From: Bugula neritina
Lineage: Eukaryota > Animalia > Bryozoa
DNA: 64,000 bases
Direction: 5' to 3'
NCBI GenBank assembly: GCA_964035545.1
Contig: OZ037766.1
Coordinates: forward strand, 4,454,722-4,518,721
Below are positions 1 to 13,189 of this stretch, one piece after another. Under the pieces are notes generated by a model, which was not told the origin of the DNA, ran no database searches, and saw only the letters and a program-made list of their open reading frames with translations. Both the position numbers and the translations under genes were made by a program. Numbering within the stretch: the first letter of the stretch is position 1; every line of letters starts with the position of its first letter.

Positions 1-787
1 TGGGAAACCCTTTCTACTGGTTCAACACACAGTTCCTTCCAACAGTTTCAACTTGGTGAGTTTAGACCAGTCATGCTTCACATGGATGGTACAGGGAAAT
101 GTTACCAACTAGAGGGTGCTGATTTAAGTCAATGAGATGAACAAACACATGGCTGACACATAAAACTAAATGCATTCCACAATAAAAGATGAGGAAGCAA
201 CATGCTGTGCCTAGCCAATAAACCAGGCAGTTGAAAGATACACAAATACGACATGTAGATGCAGAGAGACAGACTTTTGCTTAGCTTAGGTTTACAATGT
301 CCAGTTTACCAGTGCTTATCATGAAACTTATACCTACTGGAACTAAAGCTATCCCCACCCATCATAAACAACATTAGTCTAAAACTGCAGCTAATAACCA
401 ACTATGTTGTGAGGTTACAGTTTAACATCAAAAGAGTTATAATCTTGTAACATTACTCAGAGTTCTTATTGAGAACTAGCTTTAGGCAAACATTAAAACC
501 TGAAAGATTTCTACAACACCGCATACAGGGTTACTGGGGTTAATTTCATTAATAAACTTTTGGCCTTCATTTAATAGCTGATGAAACATCGGCCTAGCAA
601 AGGAGCCTAAAGAAAGAAATATACATGCACCATAAAGGGTAACAGGGAAACTGCTGCTTTACAATGGTTAGTGAGGGCATTAAAGTAAAAGCATATAGAG
701 AGGGACTGAAAGGAGAACAACAGAGACAAGGTGTGAGAGGCACCCTAGTTATTCGTGTGAGTGGAGAGCAAGGAGCAATTACTCTAC

Positions 788-928
788 CGTAGTACTGTTC
801 GCCCTGCATCTTCCTCATATAACAGTGTATCAACACTATTAGCAAGATGAGGAAAAGAACTCCCCCAGCAATACCAATGATGAGTGCATACGGCACTGGG
901 GGCGGCGGAGGAGGGGGAGCAGGCGGAG
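788..928 (-). CDS. Anchor exon TM-2 of copy A (poly-Pro stalk + TM)
   Basis: tttgtag|CT...TACG|gtagag, 141 nt, phase 1-1: TPPAPPPPPPPVPYALIIGIAGGVLFLILLIVLIHCYMRKMQGEQYY. Confidence 0.85.
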
Positions 929-3900
929 CTACAAATAGCAACGAGAATATTACAGCTAGAAGACAATCTATATCTTACCATAGTACTGCTCGCCCTTGTT
1001 TTTCTGCACATAACAATTTATCAACACAATGAGCAGAATTAGAAAGAGGAGACCGCCAATTGCTCCAAAAATCAGGGGGTAGTGAGCAAATCCAGCCGTG
1101 GTCGGTGCAGCGGCTGGCTCTACAAGACATACAATGATCTACATACTTGTACGGACAATGCAATGGTTACAGTGTAGTGTCTCACAATATTACAGAGAAA
1201 AGACGCATGAGCTGACAGGCTGTTGAAGTGTTAGAAACCTGCTATAAAATCCATGTGAAGGCAATAAGCTGAGCCTCAAGAACAAATGAAGCTAAAATGT
1301 ATATTTTTGTCATGACAGGTAAAACAAACAGTAGTCTCAGGTCCCTGGTTGAGGGATGGGGGTAGCAAGACACCCTACTTACTATCAGCGAGATCAAAGA
1401 GCACGGGATCACTTTGAATTGTCTTAGTAAAATCCCCAAAAAGAGAATAGGTAACCACGCAGTGCCACTTGCTCGCCCTCAGGTTACGGGCGTTATCACT
1501 GCCATCAGGATCAAGAGAGAGTGACATCCTTATTACTCCATTATTATTTGGAGATATATCTACGGCCTAAAACAAATATAATTCTATAATCACTACGACC
1601 ACAGCCTCAATTTACAACTGCTCAGCATAGTTTCCACATGGCTATTTGTAGATGCTCTTGTTATGATTGGCTCAGGGCTAAAATTTGAAAGTTTAGGGAC
1701 ACATGTGGCCCTGGGGTCTTCAGTTTGACAACCTGGGCCCAATTTTCTCAGCAAAATGTGCTGTTAATGGCTGTGGCATAGTCAAAGGTTGGTATTTGCT
1801 ACTTTTTGGAGAAAAAATTAGATAGAGATGAAAAAAGTTTTAATTTATGTTTGAAACCACTTGATGTAATTGGTTTAATCAGTTCACCAAACAGACTGTA
1901 CCGCTCAGAAGTGTGAATACATGGAAACAGTCGGTTCAAGAAAACAACCTCAAGTATTACAGCCTTCACAAATGTTGATGAACTTCACTGACGATGAGTT
2001 ATTGGGAACAGGTAGCAAAGTGGTGATTATAAACAGTGTGCAATTTACAATGATTTTAGCAATTTAGTAAAAGAGCAGATGCATCTGATAGTTTTGGGAT
2101 TTCTAACCAACAATAAATAACACAGAATACCCACCTTAACACCAACACCATCTTCCTCTTTGATCTGTGCATCAGACTTATTTGACATCCAATAAGCTTC
2201 CTCCACAACTGCATTGCTGTCCAGAGTGACCGTACACAGGAAGTTGAAAGTATTTGTGGAGTTGAGGTCTTCCTTATAAACAATATAGGGGTCGGAAGCC
2301 AGAGGCGTCTGGTCAAGAACTGCTTCATCTACAGTAAAAAAAATAACCTCAACACTGGAACGATGAGTTCATAGCCATAGTTACGTAGTCTACTACTATA
2401 AGTGTGGCAACCAAAATTTACGGAACCCAATTTTCCCCTAGACGTCATAACAGAAGGTAACTGCGCCACTTCACACTAAATGAAATCATTTTTACCTGAT
2501 TTTATGAAAATATATGCTTTCATTGCCTTAAACTAACTAAACATTAGCAAATAAATGACAACATTCAGGCGTCTTTCAAATATTCCAACATCTACTATGT
2601 TTTTATATAAAATTAGTACATTTTGGGTACCTGCATTTTTGTTTAGAAATAACAGGTTTAATGTTAAAAATATTTTCCTTAGCCTTTTTTCTTATGTACA
2701 CATTTAGACTTGGCAAATGAAAGTACCTCAAATAGCATTTTTATGAGTTTTGACCCAAATGAACTTTTTGCCCTAATCTTCCAGTGTGTAGTAAATAAAT
2801 TAAATTGACCCAATTAGGATTATAGCAGTGAAATGGTAGAAAACGTCACTTCTATCAGATTTGTAGCTATGCACCTACCATAGATGGTCAGGTCTGAGGT
2901 CTCATACAGAGTGCCAGCATCATTGGTGGCTACGCAGAGTATACTACCAGACATGTTCTTCTGGGCTTCCTCAATGGTAAACTTGGTGTCCATGGTCGAG
3001 TCAAGTTTTATCCACGAAGGTGTACCTAAATACAAGCCAATAGAACTGTAGAGTACAAGATGAAGCTAGTAAATACTGTTTCAATGGGGCAAAAGTCATG
3101 TTGGAACATACTCTGCTAGATGTATACATACCTTCCACAATCTTTTGACCATTGAAGTAAAACTCTGTAGAAAAAGAGGCTCCATTTTCAGCATCGCAAA
3201 CCACCTCAACATCTGAACCAGTTGGTTCATAACGATTTCGAGCAAACTTTGATCTATCAGTCAGTTTAGGATATAGCTGAACTTTTACCTAGTAATGAAC
3301 AGTGCATCATATCATATTCTACACTAAACAGTGCTCATGAACAAGCGTTGATTTACTTGTACAAGCTTTTATTTTACTTTTACTTACTTTACTTTTTATA
3401 AAAACAACACTTTAGTAAAGTTGAGAATTGTCAAGCAGTTAGTCTTACTATCCAGACATTGAGCTAGAGAAATTAAAACATCTTTCAACAGAGAAGGTTC
3501 TCTGTGAATCTAAAACTTTCAATAGACCTTTTCAAAGCTCCCCAATCTTCAATTAAGAGTTTTCTCCTCCGAAAAAAGATTATTGTTGAACAAAATAAAC
3601 TTTTGAATGCACTTTTGTGGTTTTGCCTTCTGAGCTGCTGGCTGCTGCTTTAGCATTGCTCAGTAACCACAACAACAAAACTGCTTTCAAGTTTATTTTC
3701 TTTAAAACTTATCACAAAGAAATGTTTTCAAAATTTATGTTGAACTGCCAATATTTGTATTAATACCAAAATATCTATCTCCTAAAAGAACAATTCTATA
3801 GCATAATTAGAATGTTGAGTAGCAGCCAAACCTTAAATTTTTAATGAGTTTGTTCTTTATACAAAGTTTCAACCTATTCACTTTGGGAGGACGCAACTCT

Positions 3901-6900
3901 TAATTGTAAAGAGGATATCAGGACCTCTGAAAAGGGTCAATTTACTCTCTTCAACCAACAGCTAATGAGTGTAGTTCCACTCCCTATATACTGACTGCTT
4001 AAAGGCGTACTTTTAACATTTATAACATGGCACATGTCATAAATGTTAAATAATTAGTGGCTATAGGCACCAGCAGCATAATAATTATATCCTAATTTTC
4101 AGCGACTAAACATATTAATTGCTCATCACAATAATATGCTGAAGCTGTGTCCTTTACACTCCCATTAGATCTCCAGAGTTCAGTTGCTGATTAAAAATAC
4201 TAAATTGTGAAATGTTCATTACCTCTTCCAATTAGTCACCAAGAACTAAAAATGCAGCATCAATTCCAGCTGCCAACCAAAAGTATGGAGGCAAGATCTG
4301 ACCCTATACTGTACTATAGCTAGGTCATCAGTGTAGATATAATGTACATAGTTGTATGCAGTTGGCTTTACTTACAGTAAACACCAAAGTAGCAATAGTA
4401 GCCAATGAGGTCTGGTTATACACCTCGCACTGCCACGTCTCCTGCTCGATACGCAATGGCAAGAAGATATAATTAAATTTTCCATTTGTGGAATCAGAAG
4501 TCGAGGCATCATCTGGTCGTCTCCACCTCACCTTCCCTTCTCTGCCGGCTCTAAAACATGTCAACAGGTGATTCTTGAGAAATCGGTTTGGCAGCGATTA
4601 TCGAAAATAGCTACAGCGATTAAGTGCTCACCTCGGCCTGACTAAAATCAGTTCTTTACATAAAAACTGGTTAAAGTTGATCGTAAGCAATCAGTCTATG
4701 GGAATAGAAAATAAATTGGACTGAGCATTTAAACACTGGTGAAGGTAAAAAGTGTTACCAACTAGAAAAGGTGATAATTACTGCTGGTGATGAATAACCT
4801 AAACCATTGTCAACTTCCCAAGAAGATAAAATGATAGACATAGCTGTAGAAATATTTTACACTTTCAAGTCTTTCATTGTAGAACATAAAACCTTTCTAC
4901 AGACTTTTACAGTTGCTCAATGTTCATAAATAGCAAACAAAGTTGTTACTGCAACACATGTCTACCGTAACAGAAAGTTTGAAAAAACCAACTTCACCGA
5001 GTTCATTCTCTGAGAACCTGTACGCCTTGATCTTTCAGATAACAGTAGACAGTAGATATCAATGAATCTGGTATAGAGATACAGATACACACTTACAGTC
5101 CCCCAAAGATGCATACAAGTTCACACGGCACACCCTCTTGGCAAATGATTTCCGTGTTGACACCATGTGCCATAGAGCCATGTTGATTCATTGTCAGATC
5201 AGACTCCTTCGGGTCTAAATAGGCGATTGCAGGGATGGCCTCACTACTCGATCCAACAAGCAATGTGACCCTATTTGCAAGTAATGCAGCATTGTCAATT
5301 GACAGCGTGCACCGGTACTCAGCCCTGCCTGTTCGCTTGTCCGAATCCAACAGATAGGCAAAAAACAACTCGCCTAAAACAGAATATAAATTGTAATTTT
5401 TCATATTCAATTTCAACATGGAAGAATCAGAAAAATTTCTTAATAAAGTATTTTCAGCTGACTAGAAAATTGAAAGCAAGTCAAGATGCTATTTGATGAA
5501 TAGAAAGAAACATTGTGAACACAATTACAAAGTTTTTCCTAAGTGGCAGCAATCCAAAAATCCCATGCCAAGGATACTGTAAACCCTATACAAATTACAG
5601 TATCTGCATACACACTATCAGAAAAAGAAAGACAGCATCTACTTTCTCACCAGTAATGGGGTTGACTTTGATTCGGTTTAAATTGTCTGCGCTGTCAAAG
5701 TTCAGATTTGTAAAAACGCCAGCATCTGTCCCTACTTCCCATTTGAATTGAGGAATTTCTAGAGAAATTTCTAGAGAAATTTCGCGTGTATACTGTGCAA
5801 GGTCTTCGGGCTCTGGAACTGCCCTGTCATCTACGGTGTCTGGCAAAATGCATGGAATTGAGAATGGCTGATTCAGTTCAGGACTTCCTACAGCGGCACT
5901 CGCCAGAACTGCACCTCCCAACTTTTTTGGATCTACAGCAAGAAGGCAAATATATTACTTTCAGAGAATTATAGTTTTTTCATAACACCCTGCAATCAAA
6001 AGTTGCTGAATAATTAGGAAAAACCTGGGAAATCAAGCAAAATTAAGAAGAACCTTATTTATTTAGGTGTATCCATTCATATTTTACTAGTTTTGGGCAA
6101 AAACCCATGTTCATTAGCAGCTAAATTGCAAAAAATAGCTAAAAACTGGAGATTTCCAGTGTGTACTAAATTAAGTCAAGTGACCCAAATTCAGTGGGTA
6201 AAAAAATGTGAAAAGCTGACAAGTGAGATCTTGTACGAAGATTGCATAGCATTCAGGGAAAAGAGCTTTTTACAGCTCAAATAAAAGTTAGAAGACAGTA
6301 CAACAAAAGTGCCCAAATAAATCATCCAGTAAAAGTAAAGCTCTAAATGAAAAATGCGTTCATTTAAATAATGCAAGCAGCTTTGTCATGTGCATATATT
6401 AATGTTGCCATAGTAATTTAAATTTTTTATGAAAAAAAACATATCAAAGTAATCTTAAATCAAATTTTGAACAGTAAATTAAGTTTTCCATTCATCAATT
6501 TAATAAAAAATAATTTACCAAAAATTTCAAATTTATAAATATGAATTGCTCACTTTCAATATTATCTTTGTTACTGGTTACATGACTTATAAAGATAATA
6601 TTACAATTTCACAGATAAATCTTGGGATAAAACAGGGCTTGTTATTTCTCAATATACTTTACAATATACTTTATCAAAACAATTTTCTCATCCAGTAGGT
6701 CTAATGCAGTAATATGTGGAAACACCAGTAAGGGAGCAATTTCTCAACATATACAGCATTTTGCATTTCACAATGCTGCTTCTGAAAACTTTCATTCAGA
6801 TTGAAATTTTCACTACAATATCATACATCATTATTGAAAATTATCACTGTACAAAGTATAAACAATGATACAACTTACATGGCAAAATAACTCTAAACGT

Positions 6901-7946
6901 TGCTGACAATGTTTCAAACTTTCCACCGTTGTTAGAAGCCACACATCTGTAGTAGCCATTCATTGGTTTTAAATCATCCAACTGTCGAGTATTTCCGTCA
7001 TCGATGGTCAGTTCTTGCTCAGTGGTTGATATCCGGATTGGAGTGCCAACCCAGAGAGAGGGCAATGTATCACTGAATGGATCTGTACTGGTTTCAGCAT
7101 ATTGAAACTTCAGAGTCTCCACATTGCTGGCACGGCACGTCATTTTATTGACTATATCTACACTATCAGCTGCCTGGGCCACCTGTACATAGTCAGCTGG
7201 ATCTTTCAGCTCCTTGTCAACAAAAAAGTGAGTGCCAAGATAGTCAATACTGGGAGCTTTGTCTTCTATCTGTCCTCTAGCTGTAACAAATTGAAAACTC
7301 TTGACTATAGAAATTAGGCACTAGCACTATGAACAGCGTACAGTGGTCAAAATGAGTTAACAAATTCCTAACTTATTGGATTTATAGGAAAAGGTGGTAA
7401 ACCTTGAATTATGAAAGTTATTTGAAAATTTAATGCAAAGCTACACTGTATAAACAAAATTAAATTCCCAATTCTGGTGGTACTTAGAAGACATCAAACA
7501 ACAAATGAATTTAAATGAAATAAAGAAATATTATTTTTAAATACGTTTCATTTGGTAAATAGGATATCAAATGTCAATAGCAGGTCAAATGACCGATACT
7601 TATCTAAATACGGATGCCAAGACTATTTTCTGAAAACCAAACCTTTACATGCGTTCATAAAACAACCAGCACAGCATTTGGTTTTTCAGGCGTTTAGTTT
7701 GTAAGATACAACATTAGCATAATTTGCTTTTTCCAATAAAGCATCGAGTTCATATTCACGGATTTCCAACTGCTGGTGAGCCAATAAATCTAAACTAGTT
7801 TTAATTAACTTCACAAATTGCTGTAAGCTGCTATACTAGACACATTTCCCATGAGAACTATGATCCTAGCAACAACATTATAAACTATACTTACCTCCAC
7901 TAAGGAGTGTTAGCACAAAGAGACAGGTCTTTAAACTTGCCACCAT
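788..7946 (-). CDS. IgSF cell-surface receptor, copy A (signal peptide + 5 Ig-like domains + two alternative TM exons; L1/neuroglian-like, no FN3); tail exon not found in window
   Basis: Exons (minus): 7946-7895 (MVASLKTCLFVLTLLSG), 7304-6879, 5932-5651, 5373-5097, 4550-4376, 3288-3132, 3025-2879, 2328-2135, 1566-1383, then 1119-979 or 928-788. All GT-AG with compatible phases (1,1,1,2,0,1,1,0,1); about 678 aa open through the TM exon. Ig-type motifs: MTCRAS..NGYYRCVASN, FSIPC..TGELFFAYL..EYRC, LVCIFGG..VRW..WQCEV, VVCDAE..SGSILCVATNDAG, FLC..YW..WHC. The juxtamembrane KMQGEQYY resembles L1-family GGKY. Confidence 0.85.
979..1119 (-). CDS. Anchor exon TM-1 of copy A (not in the ORF track)
   Basis: gtcttgtag|AG...TATG|gtaag, 141 nt, phase 1-1: KPAAAPTTAGFAHYPLIFGAIGGLLFLILLIVLINCYVQKNKGEQYY. 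Paralogous to exon 928-788 and the same length. Confidence 0.8.
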
Positions 7947-10805
7947 TTTTTTCTTATAAAACTATACAATAACCAGTCTAAAAACAACATAATTTTGTTT
8001 AGGAATTTGAGCACACAACAGTTTTCTACAAGGCCTGGGCTTAAAAGAACAGATTTACAAAAATCAAAGGTACTAGGCTATACCTGGAATAGAGTATTGC
8101 AATAACTTATATTACCTAAATTTACCAAGCTCGATGTAGCCTAAATGTGCACCATTAGCATTAACAGTCCATTTTGCCATACTCAGATAAGTTCAAATTC
8201 ATACTAGTACTATTATTTAACAAAACTTTGAGTTGATGCCACCTAATAAAATATACACCTTAAATGCATATCAAGTCCATCTTGACCTTTTTATTTTCAA
8301 TTTCTTTTTTACATTAACACTAGCTTTTGGGTTAGTGCTTTAGGAAGTTAACTTGGTGAGGAATGGACGCAGACAGCACATAAGTAAGTAGTAGCTTAGT
8401 CTGCTATGGTCGGGTGGATATCCACTCCATGACTAGAATTTTTTGTAAATTGGATGCTGGGTGTTGAATAAATAGAGTGGTACTATAAGGAGGTGGGCTA
8501 CAAGTTACCAACTTTCCCCAGACTAACAACTACCAACGTGTGAGAATTATAGGTGAAATTCCTGTTGGGTGTGGAAGACAGGCTTCTAGATGGATATAAG
8601 AGCAAATGATTATTTAACAGCTATCAGATTTGACCTTTGAGTGTTTAACACACTATATAATATGGGTGAGTAAACAACTAGGTTTTTGTTCGCATGATTC
8701 ATGTCTATTCATAAAGTCAAATCATCTGCATATAATGTGCTTTGTTCACTTATCCAGCCAGATCTTATGCCATTTAAGTAACTATTACGAAAGACTAGGC
8801 AAATATTGTAGTACACTGATGCAAGGCATACTGTAAAAAGAGTATGACAACACGCTTCACAACAAAAAGAGAAATCATTTGTCTTGAATAAACTGACCCA
8901 GTTTACGGTAATTGTAATGTTCTCTGTAATTTAATTTGGCTCTAAGATAAGCAGCTGTGAGTGACATGTACTTCCGGGGTTAGCTGACAGTTCGATCAAA
9001 GTATATTTCAGTCAACTAGTATTGCCTTTTACAACAACTTGTGGTGTGTAGAAGATGACCCATCAATGTGTAAAGATAAGATAGGGAATTAGAAATGGTG
9101 GGTTACAACAAGCTGAGCGCATTACCTTATGTGTATTAGCAGAATAAATTCGATGGGTGTGAACAATTCATAAAGAATAAAAAAACATGGTTTTCATAAA
9201 TCATTTTCGATAGTTGACCAACTACTACTAGTACGTTACGTGTAGCTTAGTAGCACATCTTGCTGCTATTGCTGCTGCTAAGTTTGTATTCCTTCCAAGT
9301 TTGATGATCTCATTAAACTCATCATAATATTTGTAAGCAAATAGCCAATTTCAACCACCAAACACTTTATTCCGAATTAATTGGCTGAGTTAGAGACCGG
9401 AATTAGGTCAACACGCCGGCAGACCACCAACATGCTGCTGAGCTAGTCAAGCCTCATCTACAATCTATTTACCCACTCGAACTTACCATAGTTATCTTAC
9501 ATTTACCATTTAGCAGCTAGCAAGAGCTCTCCCTACATAACGAGATTTTAATAACTTATTATATCAGCCTGCATATAATGTTATAATGAAACAGCGAACT
9601 ATTCAATACTTTAGGCTTGGCAGTTAGCGTAGTGTATTGCTTTTATAGTCACAGTCACAGTCACAATAAAGCTGGTTAATGGCGCACGCACGCTTATCTA
9701 AGTAGGTTATGGCAGTTACTCCGTTAGAATTAAAGTTGTATATAGCACACTAACCTTGTTTGAATGGTCCCCGTACACAAATAAAAATGTAATCCAAGCT
9801 GGCAACGCGATATGCAGTAGGTCAGAGCTAGTAGCAAGGGGGATTACACAAGAGCAATGAGTTTAACAATTATGAGAGTAAGCTAGTAGTTATTTGGGAC
9901 AATGATAACGACCTAGTTCACTGATCACTCAATTACTGTAATTATGTTGAAGTCCGTAATCCAACTTATTGTACCTAGGCCGTGCCCCCTCACCTAACGA
10001 GCTATAAATGAGTAAGCTTGGAATACCGCGTTCGATCAACATGAAACAATGTAAGTACGCCATAAAAATATTGACTCATGACCCGTATTTCAATACAGCA
10101 CTAGAAGATAAATAGCACACCCGGTGATTCATTCAATCACGATGCATCATCAACCAATAAGGGAAAACAAATGCTGAACAAATGAATAAATTATAATAAC
10201 ACTCCAGTTGTAGTATCAAACCACTGATTAACTTCTTTTGTTGAAACTGTTACAGGAAGAATACTCTGTACATAGACACACCTCATTAGAACTACAGGGC
10301 TGAGTGAAGCTACTTTACAGCCATTACTGACTAAACAACAGTTTCAACTGTCAACAGGAAATACCACTATTATGAAAGTTTTACATGATTTCTCAAAAAT
10401 TACGAAATTATGTCATAAGCCAAAAATGTCACTTTAGTTAAAAACAGGAAAGTTTCAAGCTAACACAGTAAAACCCAAAGGATTACTTCTATAAAACATA
10501 CTTGGCGATGAATATAATTGAATATAAGGTATTGACTCCAAAAGTTAGCATTCAGGTCAGTGAGCATTTTCAGCTTCAACAGTCATTTCTATTAATAAAT
10601 TTTCTTTTAGAACGTAGCAAGACGAGATAAACAAATAACAAGTGTAAATGCATAGAAACCCAAGAACTAATTTAGAAAAATCTTCGTGCTTATTTAAAAA
10701 TTATTCTACAATATAAATTTGATAACCAAAATTGTGATACTTTAAAATAGTAAAGAATAAAGATTCCAGTCAGGGAAAGAAGGTAAATACTGCAACTTAC
10801 AGTGG

Positions 10806-10888
<83 letters not shown>
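10806..10888. repeat. (CA)n/(TA)n microsatellite
   Basis: Directly visible. Confidence 0.95.
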
Positions 10889-10889
<1 letters not shown>

Positions 10890-11849
10890 CCCTCACTAGT
10901 AGTATAATATTAAAACTCAAGAGTTGACACACACAATATTATTATTAGGAAAAACCCAGTAGCCATCAGTGCCCATATGATGAATAACTAACAAATGTAT
11001 AGGATCAAAACACTCCAAGTTAATTCAAAGTTTGCTCGAAAAACACTGAATAAAACGTACTTGAAATCAATTGCTAAATTAAATAAAACATGGTTTAGTC
11101 ATCATTCCTCTAGTTGAAAGTGTTTATAAAACAATGTCTATTGCGATGATAGCACACATTCTGACACAACTTGCCTCCTGAAGAACCGATAACATATAAA
11201 ATTATTAGGCAGCTAGTAATCAATAAATTGTATCTTTATTCCATAATTATCCGCATTCTAATTAATTATCCTCAAAGTCAGTCATGATGTCCATTTCAAT
11301 GTGAATATTAACCTATGCTAATTATCTAATTATACTAACTAAAAAACTGGAAACTGTAAAACTTACTACAAGACTAATAATTAGAACTTCAGTTTGAGTT
11401 TCGTGATTATGTTGGTCTTGATCTATATTGTAAACATAAAAAACCTTCTTAGTGTTATAGGGAGACATAAATGTACAGTAGTAGTACAAGGGTGATCCAT
11501 CATTACTGTTAGAAAATATAAATACCACTGTAATACTTCTAAAAATATTGTAGATAGGTTAAAGAGCTTATTGAAATTATAGATAGAAATTAATTTGTCA
11601 AATTTTATCTGATTAATAATATGGCTAAAATCATTTAATAACTGCAGTAGTTTTGGGGTTCCTTAAGAAAATGTGCAACAAAAATTTAAGCTTCAAATAT
11701 TTAGAAGTATTTGAAGGTCACTGTAAAATAATTGGTGAACTTCATTAATATGTATAGATATTAAAAACATACTTATAACTTAGATAAATTGTAAAAATCA
11801 TATATGTAGTTATAGTGATACTAATATTAGTGCTAGTACTAATTCATTG

Positions 11850-12830
11850 TGCCTTAAGATGTAAATTTGTCAATTTTTTCAATATCAATGTGAGAATTAC
11901 TAAATAACAAAATTAAGTTTGAGCATATCAGAGGGTTGGTATCACTACCAGTATGATTATCATCAATATCAGCATGATTATTGTCATAATCATGAGTATG
12001 ATTATTGCAAACTATAATAATGACCATTACTATTAGTATTATCATTATTATTAATATATAACTATACATTTAATTATATAAATATAGGTAACAGCATTAT
12101 AAGTACAATTATACATTCAATGATTTATAAATATAGTAATAATTAGTAGTACTATAACTATTAGTATTACCCTATGGGCCTTAGAACATTTGATTTATAA
12201 TAAAAGTAAATACAACTTTTAATGACTTGTATTATATTACTAAAAGTCAACAGAATGATTAAATTTAAAAACTTTGACTAATACCAATAATAATATTGAT
12301 ACGATAAATAATAGTGGATAATACCAATAGTAATTTACTTTAACTAATAGTAATACTAATGCTAATGATAATGGTAACAGAAACAGAATTATCAATACTA
12401 ATAGTAATCAGCAAACAAAGTGCCTAAAGCTAATGGTAGTACTAATACTATTACTATTCGTATTACTATTACTATTAGCATCAGTCTAGTACCATAGCCA
12501 TTAGACTTAGTATTAGTTACCAACAGTAACTGTAAGTTTAATAGCAAAACTAAATGTAATACTTATACTGATAACTAATAAGCATAACTATAAGATTAAG
12601 TATAACATTAACTTTGATAAATGATAGTGATTATCATTATGATTAAGTTTACCATAAACAATTTGAATATAAAATAATAATGATAATGATAATGTGCATA
12701 TAATAATATTTATATAACAATATTATTATTAATGATAAATCACATTTTACAAGAAATAAAAACAATAAATATAATAGTAATTATAATATATAAAGTATCA
12801 GTATGACTATGAGTATCAATATCACTCACA
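11850..12830. repeat. AT-rich low-complexity tract (TAA/TAG/ACT-type motifs)
   Basis: Degenerate trinucleotide-like runs; a similar tract lies at ~60650-60960. Boundaries approximate. Confidence 0.5.
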
Positions 12831-13189
12831 CTCACACTGGCTCAGAGACTGAGAGTCAGATTCAGATTGACTTTGAGTTTGACTTCAAGTCCAAGTCCAA
12901 GACTAAAGTAGTTTCAGAAATTAAGCTTCTACGCTAAAATACAAATATAATTAGAACGTGCCTTATTTGAAAAAGCCTGCAACGCCTTGGAAACTAAAAG
13001 TTGGAATTAAGCTTTATGCTGTTGAATTAATATATCAATATGATTTATGTTGAAAGTTTGGTAACATTGTGATTGTCACTCGAGGCAGTTCACATCCGGG
13101 TAAAATAGGAAGCAATATGTCGGTTGTGCTATTTTAAATACCAAATAGTATGTTTTTTAGACATCATTGAGCACGAATCAAATACATAG

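Noticed and set aside
3484-3955. Copy-A-specific intron 5 segment sharing AACAGAGAAGGTTCTCT with ~61918
   Set aside because: The match is too short and no termini or TSD could be defined.
9040-10200. Unique, slightly GC-richer region upstream of copy A with a donor-like site near 9485 (possible non-coding first exon or promoter)
   Set aside because: No ORF, no homology within the window and no other support.
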